Positions 11,759 to 22,088 of a DNA stretch of 64,000 bases are shown here, piece after piece. A program made the position numbers and the translations under genes. Below the pieces are notes generated by a model. That model saw nothing but the letters and a program-made list of their open reading frames with translations. It was not told the origin of the DNA and did not search any database. The DNA is taken from NCBI GenBank assembly GCA_036172245.1, contig JAYWIR010000002.1, forward strand, positions 3,410,001-3,474,000. Direction: 5' to 3'. The stretch is from Raillietiella orientalis. Taxonomy: Eukaryota. The stretch's first letter is position 1; each line of letters opens with the position of its first letter.

Positions 11759-13166
11759 ATGCCAGAGGCACAGCCCTCGAGCTCCCACGTGGCGGGGAAC
11801 TCAAAAGATGCGACGCCATCTTGTGCGGCTGCGACAGCGCGGCCAGTGTCTTACGCGGCGGTAGCGGCGAGCACTTCCAACGCACAGCCAAACCTCAGTT
11901 TTGGAAAGCCCGAAGTGGACAAGATAGAAAACAAGGACAAGCCAATAATACAGATAAGCCCGGACGTGAAACCCATCACGTTTAAAACCGGACTTATCCG
12001 TATAAATAACATCAAAGAAGTGTATTTAGCCCTCTTTAAGGCAAATGTTGATTTCGATCGCGTGCAGGCGATCATTCCCAGCACTACAGGGTCCACCATT
12101 TATACGGATAGTGAACCCTTGATCGAAGACCTCATCGAGAACGGCATCAACATTCAGGGCCGATTGGCCATCTGGAACTTTTTGGCTAAATACGGAGAAG
12201 TCCGAGACATCGAGTTCAGGAGCCACTCCGGCAAAGTGTTTTCCGGTGACGTTAAATCTAAAAATTGAATTGCGCCCCCTCCAACAGAAAGCTGTTGGAG
12301 GGGGCGCAAATTCCAGGGTCGGCCCACATCGATGGAGACTCCCAGGAATTTTACGTCTGCTACAGGCAACAGCCAATTTTCTGTAAGGGGTGCAAGCAAT
12401 TCGGCCATAGGGTCAGTGCTTGTCCGAGATCTAGGTGTTTCCGCTGCGGTAAGCAGGGACACCAGGTCAGGTCGTGTCAGCAACCGACGGTGTGTGCCTT
12501 TTGCAAGGCTCCGGGCCACGCGAGGTGGAGTTGACTGGAATATGCGAATTGGTGTACCATGAGCGGGTTTTCCCCCGTGCGGGAGAGAGTAGAAAAACCG
12601 GCTGAAGAAAATGGTAGCAGAGAAGGCGAGGAGAAAGATCGAAGCCCACTCGTATCTGAGGGCGGCTTCGTGGAAGTGAGGAAAAAGGGAAAGAGGGGGT
12701 CCTCTCTAAGGAGCAAGAAACCGAAGGAAATAGCAAAGGATGGCGAGTTGACGAGAAAGCTGAAAAGAGGGTAGAGGCGGAATGTGTCACGCTACCAGAG
12801 GAAACTCTGCAGGTTGCCGAGGACTTGGAGAAGCTCGCAGAGGAAGCCCAGCCTGGAGTAAAAGGGAAGGAGCAAGAGCGACTCCTACGACACTTGTTTG
12901 AGGTCCAGGAGGACATCAACAAGACGGTGGAGGCGGCCCATGGCAAGAAGCTGGAAAACATGCTTCGCAACGTGAAGGCCGAATACTGTGCGAGGGTGAG
13001 CCTGGACATGCTCCCACGCAGTGTCGTCGAGAAGTCGGAACAATCAACGGCAGAAGCTACCGACCTCACCGGCATGGAAAGTGACTCAGGAAGCGAAAAG
13101 CCTTCTGCCTCCGGTAGAACGAAGAGATCTCCCCGGCAGATGAAGACCAGGAAGGCAAAAAAATAA
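11759..13166 (+). pseudogene. LINE ORF1 (gag-like), disrupted
   Basis: SYAAVAA motif; knuckles CKGCKQFGHRVSAC, CFRCGKQGHQVRSC and CAFCKAPGHARWS* (stop where the last Cys is expected); split across several frames. Confidence 0.9.
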
Positions 13167-13176
13167 AAACCCCTTC

Positions 13177-16100
13177 ATGGCCTCGTTCTTATCTACCACT
13201 AGGAGGATCAGCATCGCCTCCTGGAATGTCAATGGATTGACAGACCAAGGCAAAAGGAAAAGGATTGTGCGGATCATCGCACATCAAGATATCGTGTGCC
13301 TACAAGAGACCCACCAGCTGGGCCATCGGATCACCTTGTAAGTAGAACGCCGTTTGAACGGTCAACTGTTCGTTAGCGAGGGGCAGCGGAAGACCATGCG
13401 ATTCTCATCAAGAACGAGCTCTCCCTCACAATCCTGGAAACCTTCTGTCCCATGCCTGGACGAATCATCGGCGTACGGCTGTCCTGGTCCGCTAACGTTC
13501 ACTTGTTCCTGGTGAACGCCACACAAGCTAAAACATCGGTGCGCGGAGGCTTTGCACGAAACACTCCACAAACGAGTAGCACCGAAGGACATTGTCATCG
13601 TCGCGGGTGATCTGAACATCCTGGATGAGATCACCCATTCCCAGGACGCTAGAGGAAGGATGGCGTATCGGCGGCTATCCGATGATTTCGGACTTCAGTG
13701 GAGAACAGCTAGCCACAAGCCGATCGACCATGTCCTCCATAGTTCGGAAATCGGGAACCATATACAAGGATTTCGCGACATGCAAACTCTGCTGTCCGAT
13801 CATCCGTTAGTGCGGTTCTCCCTCCGAACGGAAAATCCTCGGCGGAACAAGGCCACCAGGGCGACACTCATCTGTATGCCCGCCTGGTTCGAGACGTTTC
13901 CGTCACCAGGAAGTCATCGAGGCGATTCTGCGAGATACAACTATCCGCAGAGTCGCCGACTGGGATAGTATGAAGCATAGGATCCATTTGTTCTGCAATA
14001 TGCAGTTTGGTGACAAGAGGTTGAGGCAGGAAGCGTATCGGGAGCTGAACACGAAAGATCGCTCCCTCTCAAGGCACTACGAACAGTACGAGAGTCGGTA
14101 CGTCTTCCAAAATGTTAAAGGGGGAGTCGGCGTATTAGAAAAGAAGAACCTGGCAACAGACATCTTCTGTATCCAATACGGTGGCTACAGTCGATACACA
14201 TCGGAAGACATCGTGGACGCCTTTCAAAGGCACTACACGGGGCACTTCCGACGTCAACAATTGTGCCTAGTAAGACAAAATGTCTTCCTGAAGCACTTAG
14301 GAAAGAAGACGGATGACCTCCAACGGAAGAGACTGGAGGAGAACTCGCTTTCTCCGAAGACAAGGTGAAGGCTGCATTTATGGAATTACGTAAGAATGTG
14401 GCGGCAGGCTCTGATAGTGTTCCCATCACTCACTACCAGCGGTAGCTGCATGCCTACCTGCGTTTATTCCACCAGCTGAATCTGCATCCGAGAAGAAGGA
14501 CGACTACCGCAATCCTTCTATGAGACTAGGATGAGATTGCTGCCAAAAGGAGGCGACCTAACCAAGATTGCCCAATGGAGGCCAATCTCAATCCTGAACT
14601 CAGATGCCAAGTGGTTGGCAAAAATATGGGCCAACCGCTTAGGCAAGGTTATGCCGAAGCTCATCTCTCCCGTCCAGACATGTGCGGTGCCCGGACGCCA
14701 CATGTCGGACAATGTCGAGTGTACGCAGGCCACTGTGAGAATCAACTGATTCTTCGGTGAGACCTTTGCGCTGGTGTTCGCCGACATGGAGAAAGCTTTC
14801 GACACCATCGACCATGGGTTGCTGCTGAAGATTCTGAAAAAGCCGGGCCTTCCAGAATACTTCAACAACTTCGTGAGGATGGTACTCCAGAAGCAGTACT
14901 TCCGAATTAAGATCAACGGGGTAGAAACAGCAGCCATTCGGATGGAACGAGGAGTCCGTCAGGGCGACTCACTAAGTCCGATGCTGTTTGTTATCTACAT
15001 GGAGGCACTGTCTTCTTTAATCGAGAGAAGTGAACGTCTCCATGGAATTACCATCGACGACCAAAAGCTTACTCATCTGGCTTACGCAGACGATCTCGTT
15101 TTCTTCATCAAGGGAGAACGAGAACAGAAAGCGTTCCTGGATGTCATAGAGCTGATGGAAGAGGGATTGGACTTGAAGATCAATTATCAGAAAAGTCAAC
15201 TTTGAGCTGTCGGAATCCTAGACGTCTCCGTGCTCACGGGAACAGTATTCCAAACAGTAGACAACGCCAAATACCTAGAAGTCCACATCGGCAACGACTC
15301 CGCGTCGAAACTATTGTGGACAGAAATCCTAGAGAAAACGGCGAAAGAAGCAGCAAAGTACACTTCACTGGACCTTGGCATAAAGAGGAAGGCCAATCTT
15401 TGGAATGGAGTACTCCTTCCAAAGATACTTTTCGGAGCGGCCTTCCACAGATTGAACAAGGACACCACCAGAGAAGTGGAAAAGCTGCAGAGGAAAACCC
15501 TTTGGGGGAAATACCGTCCCAGGGTTAGACTGAAACCCTTGTGTCGTTCCAAGGAAGAGGGTGGTTCCTGGATGAAGTCGCTTGCACATCCGTGGAAATC
15601 ATGGATACGCAACAGATCCTGGATATTGCTGCTCACTAGGACGACTGGCCATATGCGGCGCACAGAGCCTACTCGATGTTGTTAACTCGAAAGGTCCAAT
15701 GACTGCGCTGCTAGGGCGAGCAGGGGAATGGTTCACTATCGACCCCATCTGGAGAAGGAAGCAACAGCTGGTGCGAAAGCACAAACTGAAGATTGTCCCA
15801 AGAAGTAGGGAACTCTGGCAGGAGGAATCCATCCTGGTGATCCCTTGGGCTTCAAGTGCCCCCGGACACGAGAAGCTGGATCTACCAGCGGCTCAGAGTT
15901 ACCCTTCAACGCATCCAGGAATGGAGAAGAGGAGAATACCTACTTCACACTCGGATACTTCAGTATAGAGAGATGATGTTAGGAAGATTTACCCATAGGA
16001 CACGCAAAGTGTGGAAAAACCACAGGGACTTCGCCTGGTCCAGGGTGAACAAACAAAACATCCGAAGATTAATAACTGAAGAGGATAAGGATATCAGTGC

Positions 16101-16682
16101 CCTCCGGGGAGCTGCCGACCGCCACGCGGGAAAGGATCAAGTGATAGGATCAAGCTGTTGGCGATTGGCACGACGCTCTGGAGGAGTGACCTACCACCGG
16201 ACACCCAGGACAACCTCCTGATGTTCTATCATGGAGGAATCCTGAGCGGGTCCAGATTAAAATACTTCACTGGAAGACGGGATGACGAAGACTGCCAGGC
16301 ATGTGGAGACATGGACGCAAGACTCCACGTCTTGACATGTCCCACATTGCGCCGAGAGTGGCTGATCCTGAAAAGGATCATAGGAATGACCACCACCTCG
16401 GTGATGGGAATACTTGCCGGAACGTTTCAGGGAAATGCAAATGTTCCCTGTTACAACCCAATGGTAAGAACAACCATTGCTCTCTTCATCACCACTATAC
16501 TTGTGCGGTGGTGGAAGATGAGAAAAGCCAGGACAACCGCATCCCCGATGGAGATCCTGAAAGGACTAATCCAGAAGGAGATCGGCATCAGGAATTGTGG
16601 AAGACTCCAAGCCTGGATGTACCGTTACATCCTGAAAAGGATTGATGACGACTCCCGGACAAAATCGAGGAACCCACCCTGA
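13177..16682 (+). pseudogene. LINE ORF2 (APE endonuclease, reverse transcriptase, zinc knuckle), disrupted
   Basis: IASWNVNGL, DIVCLQETH, IVAGDLN, IDHVL, SDH (APE); WRPISILNSD, FADMEKAFDTIDH, GVRQGDSLSPMLF, LAYADDL (RT); CQACGDMDARLHVLTC (knuckle). Confidence 0.97.
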
Positions 16683-17088
16683 GTGCAGAACTTATGAAAC
16701 GTCAAAAGGACTTCCAAGTGAGAAAAAGGTGCATAAACAGTGTGAATGAAAGTGTATTGTGGATGTAAAAGAAAATAAATTTACCCCACCCCTTGTGGGA
16801 CTAGGGGAAAACGTACTATGCAATTTCCCGAAACCTCGAAAGATCTGGCGCCGAGCAAAGAGGGTTTCGAGTTACTCCTAAGAAGCCGACGGCAGCCAGA
16901 GAAGATCAGAAGGAGTTCCCAGAAGCCCCCACGCTGGTGAGGGGGATCTCCTTAGCTTCCGCGCTTCCCAGTTGGTGGTGTGAGTTTGTTTTCGAGCCGC
17001 AACCAGACGTCGCCGACTCCGACGAGCAGCTCGTGAGCATCTCAGAGCTCCCAAGTGTCGGAGATGCAGATGAGCCCGGATGGAGACG

Positions 17089-17095
17089 TTTATAA
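17089..17095 (+). promoter_or_regulatory. TATA-like box upstream of pepsin-fold gene A
   Basis: TTTATAA begins 48 nt before the ATG at 17137 and is conserved at 32900-32906 for gene B. Confidence 0.5.
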
Positions 17096-17136
17096 CCGGG
17101 ACGATTCCTCGTGTCTCGAAAATCGTCGGCAGCAAG

Positions 17137-19954
17137 ATGGAACTCAGTGGACTCCTGCTCTTCTTTTGTGCGTGCTCGTGAGTGTCCCTCTTGGAGCAGA
17201 GCCCCTTTTCGCAGCTCCCGGGGTCTGCTCTCTCTTAGATCCATCCGTTTGTACATGAATGCGCAAACCGTCACCACCAGCACCACCTGCACCACCGCCT
17301 CCACCAGCAGCCCGGAGACGAGAACGCCCACCAATTCCTACGAGGTGCCACTGCGTTACTACCAGGCGAGTTGTTGCGGCGATCGCGAACGGCTCCGGAC
17401 GGGCAGTTACTCTTCCAGAAGCAATTCTTCCACACCTCGATGACCGTCGGCACACCGCCCCAGAAACTCACTGTCAAGTTCGACACGACGACAGACGCTC
17501 TCTACCTGCTTTCCTCCGACTGCAGGAGCGAGTATTGCAGTGAGTGACAGCACGCGGGAAGCGGCCGCCGTCGGCGACAGTGCTGTTCACTCTCCCCCCC
17601 CCCCTTTCTCAGAAACGCTCCCTTCATACAACAGCGACCACTCAAATACTAAGATCTTCACCAGCCTCTACGGAAGCCACGTGCTCCTTAACGAGACTCT
17701 CGCCGGCGCCCTCCTGCTGGACTCCACGGAGCTGGTGCGTAGCCGACGGACCGTTCCCCCGGCATCCTGGGCTAAACGCAATCATTTCTGAGCAGTTCTC
17801 ACCGTCCCCTGACAACGCGCGCCACGACAAATCCCCCATCCGGATATACGAGTACGTGCTACCGTACATCCTGAATCCTCTCCCATACGGACTCCTGAAA
17901 TATTCAGTCGGCCAAGCGCTGTACGGCATCGACAAGCCGGCGTTGAGGATGCTGGCGAAGGCGCTGGACACGGAGCCCATCCTACATCTGGAATTCGACC
18001 CGTAACCGCAAGGGGCGAGGGTGGACGAAAAGACATCGCCCTCCCCCTTCCCCTACCTTCCAGGTGGCACGACAAGGCGAAGATCGTCGTGGGAGAGAAC
18101 CTCAATGACATCCAGAAGTGCGAGTTCGAGGAGAACCGGCTGAGAGACCCCGCATCCAAATTCTACAAAATGAAGATCTTCAAGTAAGGCGAGCTCTTCC
18201 GCACGTGCGTTTCGAGGACAGCGCAGTGAGCGTCCCTCTTTGCGCTCTTGGTCTTTTCGCTTGCCCGTCACGCGCGGTCCAGGCGCCCTAGGACCTGCAG
18301 GGAACGGTTGCTCCCTCTATGCGGGAAGTACTGGACCGACACTCATGCATCTGCTGGAAGAAGCTCCCAAGAGTCGGAGGCGAGTTGTCGGGAACGTTCG
18401 TTTTTTTTTTTCCTTGCCATCCGAGCAACTCTGCGCGCCCTCCATCTGCAGTAGAATTCCCCTGTCGCAAGGCACCCGGATTCACCGTTCATTCCAGAGT
18501 GCTCATTAATGACCAAGAGCTGGCAATCAACAAGACGATGGTCAACCAGACGGAGGTCATCAACCAGTTGGTGGTAATCGACTCCGTCAACCCTATCTTG
18601 AAGGTTTCGAGCGAGTTCATAGATATGATCGCCGCAGCCACGAGAGCCCGGAGGGACTCCGCATTCGGCGGTCTGCTGACGGTGAGGCGACCTGACCGTC
18701 TGACTGACCAGTCCCGCCACCTGTCTCCCGGCAGATAGAGTGTCAGAACCTACCGGAAACCTACCAGATGCCCGTGATAACCTACTGGCTGAACCCCTAC
18801 TACTTCGTGAATCTTCGCCCCGACGACTACATCCTCAAAGTACGTGGAGTCGCCGTTCGATCACGCGGAACCGTCCAGACAGACGTCTTCGCGCGCAACC
18901 TGCGTGGATCAGCGAGGAGCGCGCACGCCAAGTGCACCGCTCCTCTGCTGCTCGGCTTGAACATCGCCGCCCCACGCGCGTAGGAAAAGCCGACAGCCAG
19001 CTGCCCCGGGCAGGACGCGGATTACGCAGCTTCCCGCTGCCGCCGCACGGTTCTGGAGCCCGCTCCGAGGGACACATGCAGCAGCTTTCATGTCCGCTTC
19101 TCCTTGAGCAATGGCGTGCACTCTACGTGGACCTGAACATCCCCCCCTCTCCGTCGTCTCCTTCACCGCCGTTTCCTTCCGTTAGCATTCTCTTCTGCCA
19201 GCTCGTCCATTTCCCGGGAACCGCTATTTGCTGTGAGGGGAGCGTTTCCCGGGAGGCGCTGGACTTCCATCAGTCCTGCTGGCGAAGGAGTCGCGGAGCT
19301 TAAGAATATCCGTGCGTCTTTTCAGTCATCCTCCGAGGCAAAACAGTGACCGGGTTTTGCTAGAGCGGAGGGGAGAAGGGAAAGGCGTGGCGTGGACAGG
19401 AGCTGCTGCTATCTACCTTGGTATGCCGGCGCGCTTGCGAATGCACCGTTTCCCGCGTGTTCCCTGCGGAACTGGCTGCGCCCTTCCGCACGCCGCTGTC
19501 CGACTCGTCCGGGGAGCGCCCAAGTGCACGCCGCGTCGGGCTTCGTTTTCTAAGGGGGCTCGCTCTTTCGCAGGCGCTCCCTTTGCGCTACCCACTTGCT
19601 TGCTTAGCCATTCGTGCTGTTCACTGATCACCTTTGAGCTCTCCAGCTTTTCCTCCTAACCACCCCTAACAACCCGCTGTGAAGCAAACAAATACGCCGC
19701 GCTTCTACACATCGCCGCACGATGGCAGCACCTCGCAGAGGGGAACACGGCTCGAGAGCTGCTCACGAGCCTCTTTTCAGTTCCCGCACAACGACAGAAC
19801 TGTGTGCGCATTCATGTTCTCTGACAACATGAAGACCTCGTTCTCCGAGGGGTGGAGTCTGTCCCTTCCGATCCTCAAGCGGCTGCACGTGAAGATCGAC
19901 CTGGACCGGTCTTCCGTGTTCTTCAAAACCCGGAGGGAGTGGAAGCCCTCTTGA
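17137..19954 (+). CDS. Secreted pepsin-fold (A1 family) protein with non-canonical catalytic motifs, gene A, 9 exons, 399 aa
   Basis: Manual model: 17137-17177, 17239-17365, 17419-17539, 17613-17734, 17796-18001, 18064-18183, 18498-18681, 18735-18839, 19781-19954 (1200 nt, open frame). Hydrophobic N-terminus MELSGLLLFFCAC; motifs TVGTPPQKLTVKFDTTTDALYL, VVIDSVNPIL, MPVITYWL...LRPDDYILK, WSLSLPILKRLHVKIDLDRSSVFF. Intron 2 is GC-AG. AATAAA at 19982. Confidence 0.9.
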
Positions 19955-20789
19955 AAGGCATCGAAGACCGCCGAAGCGGTCAATAAAGCTCTTCCTGGAG
20001 CCCGGGTGGTCGTTCCGGAGGGACCGCGAAGACGGGCGCCTCCCTCCGTCTGGAGCTATGCGCCCTCCGTCGCTCGCGCAGGCGTCCAGAGTGGTAGGGT
20101 AGGCGCCGACCGAACTGCGTGGCTGGAGCCGGGAGCACCCTGGCCGAGAGGGAAGCGACGCAGTGGACCCTGCAGAAGCTACCGACTCACTCGCCGTCGC
20201 CGCCACAGGATCGGAAGTGGCTCTCTTCCTGCTCCAGCGATCTTCCCAGGTCCCAGAGGGAAGTCGAACCCTCAAGGACGCGGCAGTCGCGCCGGGGTAC
20301 TCCCCTGCCACCGGGGGTCGTTCTCGCTACACCTCCCATGGGCTAGTTCCCCTTCTACACTCTCCATCTCTGGGAACAACCCCCGGTTTTGCTGTCCGGA
20401 GGAGGAACGGTAGCTCCCGCTGTAACTTCGAAACGCATCGCGAAGACGAGACGGTAGGCTGGGCCGGGAAGTCGCAGACTGCTCATGCGGAAACGCACCC
20501 GTGGCCAGAAAGAAGAGGTAGAAGGGGAAGACGTCCAACGATCTATTCGGCAAGGGTCCTCCTTATTTCCAACAGGAGACTGGTCCGACGCCGTTAAAGC
20601 ACCAACGGAAGAGCGAAGGCAACAGGGTGATCAAGCAGGGATCTTTTCCACAGATGCCATGCATCGTGACCCCGCGCTGGCCGGCTGGATCCGCCAACCC
20701 CTTTCCTCCTTGGAACCTCTGCGAACTCACCCGAGACCCCTCGGCCTTCAAGAGGATCCCCTCCGAGGAGATTCCCTGGAGGAGGAGGA

Positions 20790-21250
20790 TACTCAGAAAG
20801 CAACGGGAGCTCTGCCACTACAGAATCGTTATCTTGCCAACAGGGATTCCACCACCCGGAAGCCGTCCGCAGCTCGACGTCCTGTTCGACACGACCGGTA
20901 CCACCGGTGCCTGCGCTGCGGCTTCTTCTCTCTGCAGCTGCCATCTTGGCGATTACGCTTCATCTTGCTGTTGTCCTCTTGCTGTTTCCGCTGCCGTAAC
21001 TTCTGGCTTTGGGAGAGGAAGCAGGTCAAAAGTCCCGGTCAAGATCGCTCCCTGGACCCATGAGTCGCGAGTCCTCTTCGTCCTTGCGATAATCAGGCAG
21101 CTGCAGCGCTCACGTCCTCGCTTCCGCTTCGGCCAGCCCTCACACGGCCTCTCGAGGCTTCCCGAAACCTCTCGTGCGGCAGTCCTTGCTGCTTCCGACC
21201 AGTCCCTGCGCGGGGCCTATGTGAAGTCGGCGTGGCTCAAAAAGACCCAA
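20790..21250 (+). pseudogene. Decayed pepsin-fold paralogue fragment
   Basis: PQLDVLFDTTGTTG matches the exon 3 motif, and DQSLRGAYVKSAWL resembles NETLAGALLLDSTEL. No clean exon model could be built. Confidence 0.55.
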
Positions 21251-22054
21251 CGGTGCGGAAACTCCCGTCTTGAAGACGGTGACCCCTTGCGCCCGCGAGG
21301 GCAGGCATGGCTGAAAAGACACGAGCGACTGCCAGAAGCAGTCTGGCTCCTGATCCGGTTCGGCGACAAAGCACAAGATGGCAGAACAAACTGGCATCGG
21401 CGTCGTTTATCTGTCCCTTACGAGGTGGCGCGGCGTGCAGGCATTTTTCGAACCACCACACGCGCCTTTCCCGTCCCCACTCCCCTGTTCCAGAACAGCA
21501 AATGCGAACCCACGTTGCAGCCCTGCTCCGAAGAGACCCGCCCGCAGCTGCTGCCCCGCGCGCACGCGCGCCCGTGTGTGCAAACTCGGGAAACCCTGTT
21601 TCCGTGACGCAAGAAACCGCGCTGTCCGCAGGTGAGGAAAAGGTGAGCGGAGTTCGTATACACCGTACACACACACTCGTGCAGACCTCATCCTGCATGT
21701 TCGTTCCCCCCTGCCGCATCACGCGTGTGCCTGCTGCACTTGTGTGCAAGAGTGAACGCACTCGTAGTGACGGGATCGAGTTCCGCACACGGGGAAGCTG
21801 CGGGTAACCAAGATGTCCGGAGACGGCACCGCGGACCTCCGACCTGGCTGGAGCAGAGGGGAGGAGGGAAGGGGGGAATTTCCGGTGTCCCTTCGACTCC
21901 GCAGCGTTGGAGACACGACGTCATTTCCGCTAAGCTCATCGCGAACTTTGCGAAAAACACATCTCCAGCAGCTCGCGCCCCGTCCTGAAAGATCGCCCGA
22001 TCCAGGAGGCGAAGCAGCTGCTCGGACCTTCGACGGTGCCTGAATCCATCTTGC

Positions 22055-22088
22055 ATCGCTTCTCTGCCTTTTGGCTAAGATCAAAGTG
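22055..22088 (+). pseudogene. U2: 3'-truncated U2 snRNA retro-fragment with 14-bp target-site duplication
   Basis: ATCGCTTCTCTGCCTTTTGGCTAAGATCAAAGTG corresponds to U2 nt 1-34. It is flanked by tgaatccatcttgc at 22041-22054 and 22087-22100. Confidence 0.93.

Larger units (their letters stand above)
11691..16811 (+). mobile_element. Near-full-length inactive Tx1/L1-clade non-LTR retrotransposon
   Basis: ORF1 with knuckles, ORF2 with APE, RT and C-terminal CCHC domains, then AATAAA (16774) and a short hairpin/A tail. Many stops and frameshifts; no TSD found. Confidence 0.95.

Noticed and set aside
20627-21607. 326-aa ORF as an intact intronless protease
   Set aside because: Only short stretches resemble the family, and there is no signal peptide or second lobe. 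Treated as a decayed fragment.
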